DNA of 64,000 bases. Source: Flavobacterium sp. (lineage in GTDB: Bacteria; Bacteroidota; Bacteroidia; Flavobacteriales; Flavobacteriaceae). Within the stretch, counting starts at the first letter, position 1, and each line of letters opens with the position of its first letter. The notes beneath the pieces are model-generated. The model searched no databases, was not told the DNA's origin, and saw only the letters and a program-made list of their open reading frames with translations. Shown one piece after another: positions 39,306-49,372 of the stretch. The position numbers were made by a program, and so were the translations under genes. Where the stretch lies: contig NZ_DASWYK010000243.1 in NCBI RefSeq assembly GCF_036405015.1, positions 3,704 to 67,703 of the forward strand. Direction: 5' to 3'.

Positions 39306-39485
39306 GATTATTTTTAGATTCAAATTCTTGTAAAAGTAAGAATTGTCTTTAGTTTATCTGTTTGAAAATCTAAAATTTAAAGCATTAGATTGTAAAGGTT
39401 TTAATAAAAGGAAAAAATAAAATGTAATTGTTTCATTTTGAATTAATTCAGCTAATTTTAATCCCGTTAAATAACGTTGCAGTTT

Positions 39486-41039
39486 ATGATGTTTAAAAGA
39501 CTTTTGATTGGATTCTTTTTTCTTGTTCTGATGCATGAAGGAATGGCTCAAAACAAGATTAATCTGTTTTCTGAAATCAATTACAATTCGATTCCAGCTG
39601 TTAATTTAAATGAATACAAATCGGTTCAGGATCGTGACAGCCGACTTCAAAATCCTAATATTGCTTTGGGAGTTGGAATTTCAGGCGGCGGATCCAGAGC
39701 TCAGTTTTTTAGTATGGGAGTTCTTTTGGGTTTGGAAGAAATTCAGGAAGACAAGTCAAATCGTAATTTTTTGAATGAAATCGATTATTTCTCCACTGTT
39801 TCAGGAGGATGTTATTCGGCAGGATATTATTTGACGATTCTGAAAAACAAACTGCAATATGATAATTGTACTTTCAACGAATTTTACTTTTCCAAAGCCG
39901 ATGCTTTTAAATCTGATGTCAATAAATCGGCTACGCTTTTTTCTCTTTTGAATAATAGCAGAAACGAAAAAGGAGAAAAAGTCTCAATGGCACAGCGATT
40001 AGATTTGGAAGTTTTACAATACGACAGCACCAATCCGGAGAATCAGAATAAGTTTAAAACCCAAATGTTATTGTCTGATTTCTTTATTCCGAAAGACAGT
40101 AAATTAAATCCGCAATTGCCCATTATGGTGGCCAACGGAACGGCTTATAACAATGGAGAACGTTTTCCGTTTATGCCGCATATTATTCGAGCTTTAAAAA
40201 TCAATTCGTCTTTAGCACCCAATAAAGCGTCACTTTCGCTTGACGAAAATCAAATTAATAATGGTTACGATTTTCCGCTTACCTATGCTATTACAGCAAG
40301 TTCTGCTTTTCCTGGTGTTTTACCAAAAACCAAATTCGGAATCAAAAATCAGGATAAGATTTTATGTGTGATTGATGGCGGAGCATCGGACAATATGGGA
40401 TATGAAACGTTGGTAGAATTGCTTCATAACGATAAAGTAAATGACAAAAACAAAAGAGCACTTTTTATTGATTGTTTAGGCCAAGGAAAAAAGGCTCCTT
40501 TTATAAATGACGGAAAGATCGGATTACTTTCTTTGTTGGAAACGGCTTCTTTATATACAGTTCAAACGCGATATATGACTTTTGAAAAAGATGTAGAAAA
40601 TATTTTGGAGAGATATAAGATTCCGACTTCCAACTATCAGATTATTGGTTTTACAACTTTACGCGATTATTTGCTAACGCTAAAAAAAGATCAGACTTAT
40701 GATGATTTGGCCGCAGAGTTAAAAAGTATGGATGATGAAGCAGCAAGCTGGCTCAAACTACACAATGATTTTAGAGAAAAACTGATTGAAAAATTTGGCG
40801 CTGACCGTTTCAAAAAAGATAAAATAGGAGAGCCATTACTTTCTAGTTTAGACAAAGAAACGTTTAAGGATTTTGGTGCCAGTGAACTTTTAATGTTGTA
40901 TGAATACACTTCGCACGTTGAAACCAAATTAAAAATAACTCCCGAAGAAAAAGAAATGTTATTGCTGTCTGGACGTTTTGCAGCGTATTTGAAAACCAAT
41001 GAATTGAAAGGTTTGCTGGTAGAGAATAAAGGGTTTTAA
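39486..41039 (+). CDS. Secreted patatin/cPLA2-like phospholipase
   Basis: Signal peptide; SGGGSRA oxyanion loop, STVSGG nucleophile, IDGG Asp. Confidence 0.88.
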   Translation: MMFKRLLIGFFFLVLMHEGMAQNKINLFSEINYNSIPAVNLNEYKSVQDRDSRLQNPNIALGVGISGGGSRAQFFSMGVLLGLEEIQEDKSNRNFLNEIDYFSTVSGGCYSAGYYLTILKNKLQYDNCTFNEFYFSKADAFKSDVNKSATLFSLLNNSRNEKGEKVSMAQRLDLEVLQYDSTNPENQNKFKTQMLLSDFFIPKDSKLNPQLPIMVANGTAYNNGERFPFMPHIIRALKINSSLAPNKASLSLDENQINNGYDFPLTYAITASSAFPGVLPKTKFGIKNQDKILCVIDGGASDNMGYETLVELLHNDKVNDKNKRALFIDCLGQGKKAPFINDGKIGLLSLLETASLYTVQTRYMTFEKDVENILERYKIPTSNYQIIGFTTLRDYLLTLKKDQTYDDLAAELKSMDDEAASWLKLHNDFREKLIEKFGADRFKKDKIGEPLLSSLDKETFKDFGASELLMLYEYTSHVETKLKITPEEKEMLLLSGRFAAYLKTNELKGLLVENKGF

Positions 41040-41048
41040 ACTCGATGC

Positions 41049-41081
41049 AGCTTTGTCAAAGTTTTAAACTTTGACAAAGCT
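41049..41081. repeat. REP-like palindrome / bidirectional terminator
   Basis: agctttgtcaaagttttaaactttgacaaagct. Confidence 0.8.
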
Positions 41082-41122
41082 TGAAACGTTTTTAGTTAAA
41101 GTTGGGGTAATTCAAAACAGCT

Positions 41123-41572
41123 TTATTCCTCAAAAATAACCTTTTTGTCTGTTTTGTCTGTTTTGATAATGTCGTAAGGTCTGGATACTTTTAAGGTACT
41201 ATTACCGTTTTTTAATCTTTCGACTTTTACAATTATAGTATTTCGATTTTCGGTAATTTCAACAATATCTATAGAATGTCCTTCGGTGTTTTGAGTTTTG
41301 TCTATAACAGCAATCACTTGATATTTACTAAAATCAATGTTTATTTCTTTAAAGTCTTTAGATAAATTGGTAGAAACATTCATTTCTGCAATTAATTTAT
41401 CCCAAGCTTTTTGATCTTTAATAATTAAATGTATTGGTGCAAGAGTTTTATTATTTGGAAAAGAATCTCCCTTAGCTATTAACGAATATTGCACATCAGA
41501 ATTTGGCAAATCGTCTTTGTCACAGCTTGTCAAAGCTAGCAATATGCTAAATATTAGTATAATTCTTTTCAT
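41123..41572 (-). CDS. PrcB C-terminal-domain lipoprotein
   Basis: LALTSC lipobox; IDFSKYQVIAV, GHSIDI, RPYDIIK. Confidence 0.8.
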   Translation of the reverse strand: MKRIILIFSILLALTSCDKDDLPNSDVQYSLIAKGDSFPNNKTLAPIHLIIKDQKAWDKLIAEMNVSTNLSKDFKEINIDFSKYQVIAVIDKTQNTEGHSIDIVEITENRNTIIVKVERLKNGNSTLKVSRPYDIIKTDKTDKKVIFEE

Positions 41573-41761
41573 GTTTTGTGGTTTTGGTTGGGAGAACTTT
41601 GTAAAGTTCTGTTTATTAAAAAGATGCTATTCTTTTTAAATGGTTGCGTTCAGGTGAAATTAACTTCTAGATCGCTTCCCGATATAACGTAAGTTTTGAT
41701 TAAAAATTGTATTGAAGACCAGAAAAAAGATAAAAAAGTTTTTTATATGTGATGGTATCTC

Positions 41762-42169
41762 TTATGTTTGAGATTGGTGTGCCTTTAATTTCTTTTTAAG
41801 AGTAAAAAAAATCGCAATAGGAATAATAAAATTAAAGATCAAATACAATTCGACTAATGCATCCCGTAAATTTAATACTTCAAGAATATTACTTAAAACT
41901 AGGAGTAGTAGAAAGAAAAAATTAAGAATACCCATAGTGGAAAGTAGGAAAACTTTTTGTTGGTTAGATTTCCAAATTTTCAGAAATGATATTAAGATTG
42001 CTAAACCTCCAACGCCAGAAGTAATCCAGCAACTGAATAAGAAAAAAGTTAATGTTTTAAAACCACTGAACAGACCGTGTTCGAAATAATACATAAAAAA
42101 GATAGTGACACTCCAAATATTGGTTATTAAAAGAGAGAAAATCGAGCTTTTGTAAATAGTAATTTTCAT
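41762..42169 (-). CDS. Hypothetical 4-TM membrane protein
   Basis: Four hydrophobic segments in 135 aa. Confidence 0.65.
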   Translation of the reverse strand: MKITIYKSSIFSLLITNIWSVTIFFMYYFEHGLFSGFKTLTFFLFSCWITSGVGGLAILISFLKIWKSNQQKVFLLSTMGILNFFFLLLLVLSNILEVLNLRDALVELYLIFNFIIPIAIFFTLKKKLKAHQSQT

Positions 42170-42312
42170 AATGGGTTTGTTTTTAAAATTATATACTTCA
42201 AAAACTTATCCAAAAAAGATGATTTCTATTTTTTCTTTTGTTTTAATTTGAAAAGGAATTTCTCAAATTTTTCCCTCAACTTTGCAAAAGCAATCTTTAA
42301 ACAAAAACTCAA

Positions 42313-42852
42313 ATGGAATTCGGTAAAATCATTATTTCAGAAACTGCAGCAAACAGCGAAAATCCTCAAGACGTTGTTAATTCGAATATTTCGGTAATCA
42401 ATCTAATGCGTGAAGAAAAAATAGACGATGATTTGATTCACGAAGATGCTTTAATGAGTTATTATTTGGATTTTTATGCGTCTAAATATACAGAAGGGAA
42501 TTTTTCGAAATTTGTTCATGATTCTGGTTGGAATAAAGAATTGAATGAATTGATTGAAGAAGGTCTGGCTTTAATTGGTGCCGAAAAACATTTGGAATTA
42601 TTTAAAGAACAAAGCAGAAAATTACGTTTACAGAGTACTATTAAACTTGGAAAATTTCTACAGGCAAAGTTCGAAACCCCAAATCCGTTGCGTGATCTTT
42701 TAAATAATAATACTTATTTTGAACTGGATGAAAATCTAGTCGAATTAAATGCAACTTTTTTAAAATCACATCCAGATACAGAAGTGCTTTCGGTAGAAGA
42801 AATGTTTAAAACTCTAGAAGAATTTGTTGGTCACGAAATCAAAAGAGATTAA
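42313..42852 (+). CDS. DMP19/DUF4375 family acidic protein
   Basis: EGNFSKFVHDSGW, EGLALIGAEKH; Asp/Glu-rich. Confidence 0.75.
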   Translation: MEFGKIIISETAANSENPQDVVNSNISVINLMREEKIDDDLIHEDALMSYYLDFYASKYTEGNFSKFVHDSGWNKELNELIEEGLALIGAEKHLELFKEQSRKLRLQSTIKLGKFLQAKFETPNPLRDLLNNNTYFELDENLVELNATFLKSHPDTEVLSVEEMFKTLEEFVGHEIKRD

Positions 42853-42999
42853 GATTTTAAACAACAAAATTCAATTTTAGATAAGAAAAATAGATTCTTT
42901 TTATCGCATTGATTTGATGTTTTAATTTTTTTAAGATGTTTTGTGAGAAAAGTATATATTTGGAGAACCCAAAATAATCTACAAAACAAATCAATGCCT

Positions 43000-43920
43000 A
43001 TGAGAAAAATTATACTTTTAAGTGGAGTTTTTATCCTTTTATTCGCTTGCGGCAAAAGCGAGAAGGCTAAGAACGAAGCAGAAATTCAGAATCAGGAACT
43101 TCTTTCGCTGATTGAAACAGATACGAATGTGAATAAAAAAGAGTTTAAAAAACTCATTTTTAAAAATCTGGATAATATAGAAGATTCGCAAGAGTTGAAT
43201 CTTCCGTTGCTTTCAAAAGTCGCATCCAATCTAAAAATTAAATATTCAAATATTAAAATTGATGAGACTAGTTCTATAAACTATGATGATAAGACTGCTT
43301 TTTTTGTCTTAACCATTGTGGAGCATAATAGAAAAAAGCAACATCCTGATGATTACGAAAATTTAGGTAATTATTTTCAACGTAAATATTTGTTTGTAGA
43401 TCGTGAAAGCGGGAATGTGATTGCAGAAGAGTTTGATGCTAATTTAGGATATTATCATAATGAAGCCATTCGTTTTTCTAAATCTCATATCCTGAAAAAT
43501 CTGGTTTATCTTAACGAAAATACTCCTGCTGTCGGGTTTTATACAGAAGCAAGCGCAAGCAGCAGAATTGTGTTGTACAACGAGCAGAAATTTACTTTGA
43601 TTACTCTGGCGGATAACGAAATTAAGAAAGTTTTATACGAATATCCAATTCGACTGACTAATGGAGATTCGAATGGAAGCGGAACCTATCAGATCGAAAC
43701 TCTGGAGACGGGTATGAGTTTGGGAGATCAGAAAACAAATGGTTTTTTTGATCTGATTGTTACTAAAAACTTCTCTTACGAAGAAGCTGTCGAAGATAGT
43801 TTAGAAAACGAAATGGAAGACAACAAAGAGCTCAAAACCAAAAAAGAATCTGAAAAACTAAAGTTCAACGGCAGAGAATACGCGTTTCACAGAGATGACA
43901 GACATCGTTTTCTGGAATAA
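43000..43920 (+). CDS. Hypothetical lipoprotein
   Basis: MRKIILLSGVFILLFAC lipobox. Confidence 0.8.
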   Translation: MRKIILLSGVFILLFACGKSEKAKNEAEIQNQELLSLIETDTNVNKKEFKKLIFKNLDNIEDSQELNLPLLSKVASNLKIKYSNIKIDETSSINYDDKTAFFVLTIVEHNRKKQHPDDYENLGNYFQRKYLFVDRESGNVIAEEFDANLGYYHNEAIRFSKSHILKNLVYLNENTPAVGFYTEASASSRIVLYNEQKFTLITLADNEIKKVLYEYPIRLTNGDSNGSGTYQIETLETGMSLGDQKTNGFFDLIVTKNFSYEEAVEDSLENEMEDNKELKTKKESEKLKFNGREYAFHRDDRHRFLE

Positions 43921-44079
43921 AAATTTAGAAATTTCAAAATAACACAAAGGCACTTTTAAGGTGCTTTTGTTGTTTATAAGAGATTTCAGTTTTACTGCAA
44001 AACTTTGACCTATTGTTAACAAACATTTCCTTAAATTTGCTTCCGTTATAAAAAATACAATAGTTATAAAAATCAAGCT

Positions 44080-45351
44080 ATGTTACAAATTGCATTTATT
44101 AGAGAAAATCAAGAGAAAGTAATCAAAGCTTTAGCAAAACGAAATATCGATGCTAAAAGCGTTGTTGAAGAAGTGGTTCAATTAGACGAAAATCGTCGTG
44201 CTGCACAGGTAGAATTAGACAATACTTTATCAGAATCTAATAAATTGTCCAAAGATATTGGTGAATTGATGAAAGCTGGAGAGAAAGCTAAAGCGGCAAT
44301 CTTAAAAGAAAAAACAGTTTCACTAAAAGAAAAAAGTAAAGAACTAAGCGAAAAAGCAGAAGCTTTGGCTGTTGAGTTGACCAATAAATTATACACTTTA
44401 CCAAACCTTCCTGCTGATATTGTTCCTGAAGGAAAAACTCCAGACGATAACTTAAATGTTTTTCAAGAAGGAGATATTCCTGTTTTACATGAAGGAGCAC
44501 AACCGCACTGGGAATTGGTGAAAAAATACGATATCATCGATTTTGAATTGGGTGTAAAAATCACTGGTGCAGGTTTTCCTGTTTATAAAGGAAAAGGAGC
44601 TCGTTTACAACGTGCTTTAATTAACTACTTTTTAGATAAAAATACTGCTGCAGGATATAATGAAGTTCAGGTTCCTCATTTGGTAAACGAAGCTTCAGGA
44701 TTTGGAACAGGACAATTGCCAGACAAAGAAGGACAAATGTATCATTCTACAATTGATGATTTATATTTGATTCCGACGGCTGAGGTTCCGGTTACAAACT
44801 TGTTCCGTGATGTTATTTTAAACGAAAGTGATCTTCCTGTTTTGCATACAGCGTATACACCATGTTTCCGTCGTGAAGCAGGTTCTTACGGAGCACACGT
44901 TCGTGGATTAAACCGTTTGCACCAATTTGATAAAGTAGAAATTGTTCGTGTAGAACATCCTGATAATTCTTATGCGGCACTTGACGGAATGGTGGAACAC
45001 GTAAAAGAGATTCTTCAAGAATTGAAATTACCATACAGAGTTTTACGTCTTTGCGGAGGCGATATGGGATTCACATCTGCTTTGACTTACGATTTTGAAG
45101 TATTTTCTACAGCACAAGATCGCTGGTTAGAGATTAGTTCTGTTTCTAACTTTGAAACTTTTCAGGCTAACCGTTTGAAATTGCGTTTTAAAGACAAAGA
45201 CGGAAAAAATCAATTGGCTCACACGCTTAACGGAAGCTCATTAGCGCTTCCACGTGTTTTAGCTGGAATTATTGAAAACTACCAAACTCCAGAAGGAATC
45301 GTAATCCCAGAGGTTTTACGTCCTTACTGCGGATTTGATATTATAAACTAG
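44080..45351 (+). CDS. serS: Seryl-tRNA synthetase
   Basis: N-terminal coiled arm, LIPTAEVP, FRREAGSYG, EISSVSN, NGSSLALPR. Confidence 0.98.
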   Translation: MLQIAFIRENQEKVIKALAKRNIDAKSVVEEVVQLDENRRAAQVELDNTLSESNKLSKDIGELMKAGEKAKAAILKEKTVSLKEKSKELSEKAEALAVELTNKLYTLPNLPADIVPEGKTPDDNLNVFQEGDIPVLHEGAQPHWELVKKYDIIDFELGVKITGAGFPVYKGKGARLQRALINYFLDKNTAAGYNEVQVPHLVNEASGFGTGQLPDKEGQMYHSTIDDLYLIPTAEVPVTNLFRDVILNESDLPVLHTAYTPCFRREAGSYGAHVRGLNRLHQFDKVEIVRVEHPDNSYAALDGMVEHVKEILQELKLPYRVLRLCGGDMGFTSALTYDFEVFSTAQDRWLEISSVSNFETFQANRLKLRFKDKDGKNQLAHTLNGSSLALPRVLAGIIENYQTPEGIVIPEVLRPYCGFDIIN

Positions 45352-45356
45352 TTTTT

Positions 45357-45433
45357 AGTTTACAGTCACAGTCTCAGTTTTCGGTAAAGAAAACTGGGGC
45401 GGCGACTGAAAACTGAGACTGAAAACTGACACT
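45357..45433. repeat. CAGT/ACTG 6-7-nt-period inverted element, copy 1
   Basis: agtttacagtcacagtctcagt ... gactgaaaactgagactgaaaactga. Confidence 0.85.
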
Positions 45434-45435
45434 AA

Positions 45436-46278
45436 ATGAAAAACGGTATCTTAAACTGGAACGTGGATCCCGTTATATTCTGGATTACAGATAGTTTTCC
45501 TCTTAAATATTACGGAGCGCTTTTTGCCTGCGGACTTCTTCTCGGGTTTTACATTGTCAGAAACATTTACAAAAAAGAAAATCTTTCCTTAGACAATCTC
45601 GATTCTTTACTTATTTATGTCATTGTCGGAACCGTTTTAGGTGCGAGACTTGGACATTGTTTCTTTTACGAACCTGATTATTTTCTCAAACATCCGATAG
45701 AAATTCTTTTACCAATTCAAAAAATAAAAGGAGCTTATCAATTTGTAGGTTATCAAGGTTTGGCAAGTCATGGAGGTTCGATTGGAGTGATTACGGCGAT
45801 GATTTTATATTGTCGAAAATATAAAGTACAATTCTTAGGACTTTTGGATAAAATGGCGGTTGCAGTTCCTGTAACGGGCGCTTTTATCAGAATGGGGAAT
45901 TTTATGAATTCTGAAATTTATGGAAAACCAACCAACGGAAATTGGGGAGTAGTTTTTCAAAGAGACGATTTGATTCCGAGACATCCAACACAATTGTATG
46001 AAGCTTTTGCTTATGTAATGATTTTCGTAATCCTGTTTTATATGTATAAATCGGAGAAAATTAGAAATGCGCAGGGATTAATCTTTGGAACTTTCTTAAC
46101 TTTATTATTTACAGCTCGTTTTATAATTGAATTTTTCAAAGAAAATCAAGAAGCTTTCGAGAATGATATGCTGATTAATATGGGACAGATTTTAAGTATT
46201 CCCTTCATTTTGATTGGTTTAGGATTGATTTTTTGGAAAAAGAGAATAGTCACAGTTGACAGTGACAGTTTACAGTAA
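45436..46278 (+). CDS. lgt: Prolipoprotein diacylglyceryl transferase
   Basis: GARLGHC, GLASHGG, IRMGNFMNSEIYG, HPTQLYE. Confidence 0.96.
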   Translation: MKNGILNWNVDPVIFWITDSFPLKYYGALFACGLLLGFYIVRNIYKKENLSLDNLDSLLIYVIVGTVLGARLGHCFFYEPDYFLKHPIEILLPIQKIKGAYQFVGYQGLASHGGSIGVITAMILYCRKYKVQFLGLLDKMAVAVPVTGAFIRMGNFMNSEIYGKPTNGNWGVVFQRDDLIPRHPTQLYEAFAYVMIFVILFYMYKSEKIRNAQGLIFGTFLTLLFTARFIIEFFKENQEAFENDMLINMGQILSIPFILIGLGLIFWKKRIVTVDSDSLQ

Positions 46279-46314
46279 GCTTAGACTGAAAACTGCGACT
46301 GCGACTGAAAAACT
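46248..46314. repeat. CAGT/ACTG element, copy 2 (overlaps lgt stop)
   Basis: agtcacagttgacagtgacagtttacagt ... gactgaaaactgcgactgcgactgaaaaact. Confidence 0.85.
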
Positions 46315-46321
46315 AAAAAAT

Positions 46322-48103
46322 ATGAGAAACATATTAATCTGTATCGTTTTATTATGTTCTGGTTTTGCATTTGGACAAAACGAGCAGCTGGCGCAATATT
46401 ACTACGATAAAGGCGACTTCGAAAAAGCTAAAATTAGTTACGAAGAACTTTTAAAAGCAGCGCCTTCTAATACTCAATATTTTTTGCGAACTGTAGATTG
46501 TTATCAGCAATTGCAGCAATATGCAAATGCTGAAAAAGCAATTCAGGATCGTTTTAATCGTTACAAACAAGGCGTTTTTTTAGTGGAGTTAGGATATAAC
46601 TTTCAATTACAAAAAAACGAATCGAAAGCCAAAAGTTACTACGAACAAGCAATCGAAAAAATAAAAACAAGTCCGAATGATGTTTACGGAATTGCAAGTT
46701 CATTTGAGAAAAAAGTATTGCTGGAATATGCTTTAAAAGCCTATCAAACGGCAATGCAAGTTCAGCCGAACTTTAATTTCAATTTCCAAATTGGAATGTT
46801 GTACGGTCAGTTGGGGAAAACCGATTTAATGATCGATTTATTATTGACAGAATCTTTTACCAATCCGCAGAATACGAATTTGATTCAGACACAATTGTCT
46901 CGATTCATGAATGGCGAGACAGATAATACCGCTTTCAAAGATGCGATGCGAAAAGCATTAATCTTAAAAACTCAAAAAGATCAAGATGTTTTTTGGAACC
47001 ATTATTTGAGCTGGTTTTATGTTCAACAAAAAGAATTCGGAAAAGCTTTTATTCAGGAAAAAGCGATTTATAAGCGTGAACCAGAATCTTTGATGAGCAT
47101 CGTTAATCTGAGTCAGTTTGCTATGAATGAAGATGATGACGAAACAGCGACAGAAATTTTAAATTTTATTCTTCAGAATACAAAAGATTTAAATCTCTTG
47201 ATTCAGTCCAATGCGTATTTAATGCAGATTAAAATTGATAATGCACAGGAAAAAGATTATCCAGCAATCAGTCAGGAGTTGCAGCAATTGTTGACAACTT
47301 ACGAAATCAATCCTTTTACCTTATCTTTGCAAATTATTCAGGCCCATTTTCTGGCTTTTAATTTGAAAAAAACAGAAGAAGCAAAGGCGGTAATCAAAAA
47401 AGCTTTAGAATTAAATTTAAACGAATATCAAAAAGCCGATGCAAAAATGGAATTGGCTGATATTTTGCTTTTAGAAGAAAAATACAATCAGGCGCTTATT
47501 TATTATTCGCAGATTCAATTGGATTTAAAGAATGATGTAATGGCGCATGAAGCGAGTTTAAAAGCAGCCAAAACGAGTTATTATAAAGGTGATTTTGAAT
47601 GGGCAAATAAACAATTTAAAGAATTAAAAGCCGCAAACACGCAGTTAATTGCCAACGACGCTTTGGAGTATTTTTTATTAATTAATGACAATACCGCTGC
47701 AGATTCGACTCAGGTTGCTCTGAAGCAGTTTGCAAAAGGAGATTTTTTAATTTATCAGAATAAAAAACAAGAAGCGATAACACAGTTTCAAAATATTTTA
47801 AAAACCTATAAAGGTCAGGAAATAGAAGCCGTAACGTTACTTCGTTTAGGGAAAATTTACGAAAGTCAGAAAGATTTTGCTTCAGCTTTAAGCCAATATC
47901 AGCAGATAATCGATAACCATAGTGACGGAATTTATGTAGATGAAGCGCTGTTTTTCTCAGCAGAAATTTATAATGACGAATTAAAAGAAACAGAAAAGGC
48001 AAAGCCTTTATATGAAAAGGTAATTTTTAACCATCAAGACAGTATTTACTTTGTTGATGCCAGAAAAAAATACCGCGAATTGAGAGGGGATAAGAATTTA
48101 TAA
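46322..48103 (+). CDS. Exported tetratricopeptide-repeat protein
   Basis: Signal MRNILICIVLLCSGFAFG-Q; multiple TPR-like helical repeats. Confidence 0.9.
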   Translation: MRNILICIVLLCSGFAFGQNEQLAQYYYDKGDFEKAKISYEELLKAAPSNTQYFLRTVDCYQQLQQYANAEKAIQDRFNRYKQGVFLVELGYNFQLQKNESKAKSYYEQAIEKIKTSPNDVYGIASSFEKKVLLEYALKAYQTAMQVQPNFNFNFQIGMLYGQLGKTDLMIDLLLTESFTNPQNTNLIQTQLSRFMNGETDNTAFKDAMRKALILKTQKDQDVFWNHYLSWFYVQQKEFGKAFIQEKAIYKREPESLMSIVNLSQFAMNEDDDETATEILNFILQNTKDLNLLIQSNAYLMQIKIDNAQEKDYPAISQELQQLLTTYEINPFTLSLQIIQAHFLAFNLKKTEEAKAVIKKALELNLNEYQKADAKMELADILLLEEKYNQALIYYSQIQLDLKNDVMAHEASLKAAKTSYYKGDFEWANKQFKELKAANTQLIANDALEYFLLINDNTAADSTQVALKQFAKGDFLIYQNKKQEAITQFQNILKTYKGQEIEAVTLLRLGKIYESQKDFASALSQYQQIIDNHSDGIYVDEALFFSAEIYNDELKETEKAKPLYEKVIFNHQDSIYFVDARKKYRELRGDKNL

Positions 48104-48227
48104 AATTCAATTTATAAATTCCAAATTCCAAAAAAGAAAGATTAGAAATAGGAGGAAATCTGTTTGTAAGTTCCGAGAGATAACCTCAGAACCTTAGCAT
48201 CTCAGAACCTCAGAACCTTAAAAAAAA

Positions 48228-48539
48228 ATGATTATTTACAACGTTACCACCAATATACACGAAAGCGTTCATGAAAAATGGTTGAAATGGATGCAGGAAA
48301 AACACATACCAGAAATTCTGGCAACTCAGAAATTTTCTTCGGCAAGAATTGTCAAAGTTTTAGTTGAAGAAGAAATGGGCGGAATTACTTATTCTACACA
48401 GTATGTGACAGACAGTAAAGAAACTCTGGATAGATTTTATATCGAAGACGAACCGGAATTTCACAGAGAAGCACTGAGTTTGTTTGCAGATAAAATGCTT
48501 TCTTTTAGAACAGAATTAGAGGTTGTTTCAGAACACTAA
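48228..48539 (+). CDS. DUF4286 family protein
   Basis: MIIYNVT...WLKWMQEKHIP...TYSTQY. Confidence 0.9.
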   Translation: MIIYNVTTNIHESVHEKWLKWMQEKHIPEILATQKFSSARIVKVLVEEEMGGITYSTQYVTDSKETLDRFYIEDEPEFHREALSLFADKMLSFRTELEVVSEH

Positions 48540-48685
48540 TTTTGAGTAGTATTCTTTAATTAGAAATGTACATAATTTGTATTAAGATTAAAATTAACAG
48601 GTCTATCTGCTTAATACCTAAAAAAAGTATATTTGCAAAAAATTAATTTCTAATTAAAAATTGTGCTTGTTCACGCCCCTTATTT

Positions 48686-49339
48686 ATGAAACACCTTTAC
48701 ATAAAACTTGTTTTATTTTTATTGCTAAGTCTGAATGTTTGCTGTCAAAGTAAAAATGGCGTGTGGAATGAAGAAGAAACCTCAAAATCTATTGTTTTAC
48801 AACTGAATGAGTTTAGGGAAATTAGTAATACTTCGAAAGAAATTTTAAAGAATACTGTTTTTTCTAAATATGAGGTGTTGAAAGTGAAAAATGAAGATTC
48901 GCCTAAATCATTTGGAGAAATGATGAAGTTTGCAACACAGATTTATGATACAGGTAATGAAATTAACGATTACATTGAGGAAATTAAAGCAGAAATCTCA
49001 GAAGAAGATTGTTTTGTGACAAATGATACTGCGCTTTACGATGCATTTGTAAAACAAAAATATGCTGTTTTGAAAAGTAAAATAGATAAATTTTACAAAC
49101 AAAATAAAGTAATTACATCTTCTGGAGGAGTTTATTCTTCTTTTAAAGGAGAAAATGAAAAACTATTTAACACCAATAAAACCTTCATTAATAAGGAAAA
49201 TAAAAGTGTAGATTTTTTAAACTATAGATTTGGTTACAAAGCCAATATTGGACTGTTGACAGGTTTAGAAAAAATTCAATTTGACGTTATTCATTTTCAA
49301 TATATGTTTATGAATACGATTATAGGATCTGCTCATTAA
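48686..49339 (+). CDS. Exported protein resembling the GldM/PorM N-terminal (D1) domain
   Basis: LNE..ISNTS, NEINDYIEEIK, DFLNYRF, IQFDV in GldM_N order; signal peptide. Confidence 0.65.
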   Translation: MKHLYIKLVLFLLLSLNVCCQSKNGVWNEEETSKSIVLQLNEFREISNTSKEILKNTVFSKYEVLKVKNEDSPKSFGEMMKFATQIYDTGNEINDYIEEIKAEISEEDCFVTNDTALYDAFVKQKYAVLKSKIDKFYKQNKVITSSGGVYSSFKGENEKLFNTNKTFINKENKSVDFLNYRFGYKANIGLLTGLEKIQFDVIHFQYMFMNTIIGSAH

Positions 49340-49372
49340 AATAATACCAAAAGCAGAAAGCGAATAACGAAT

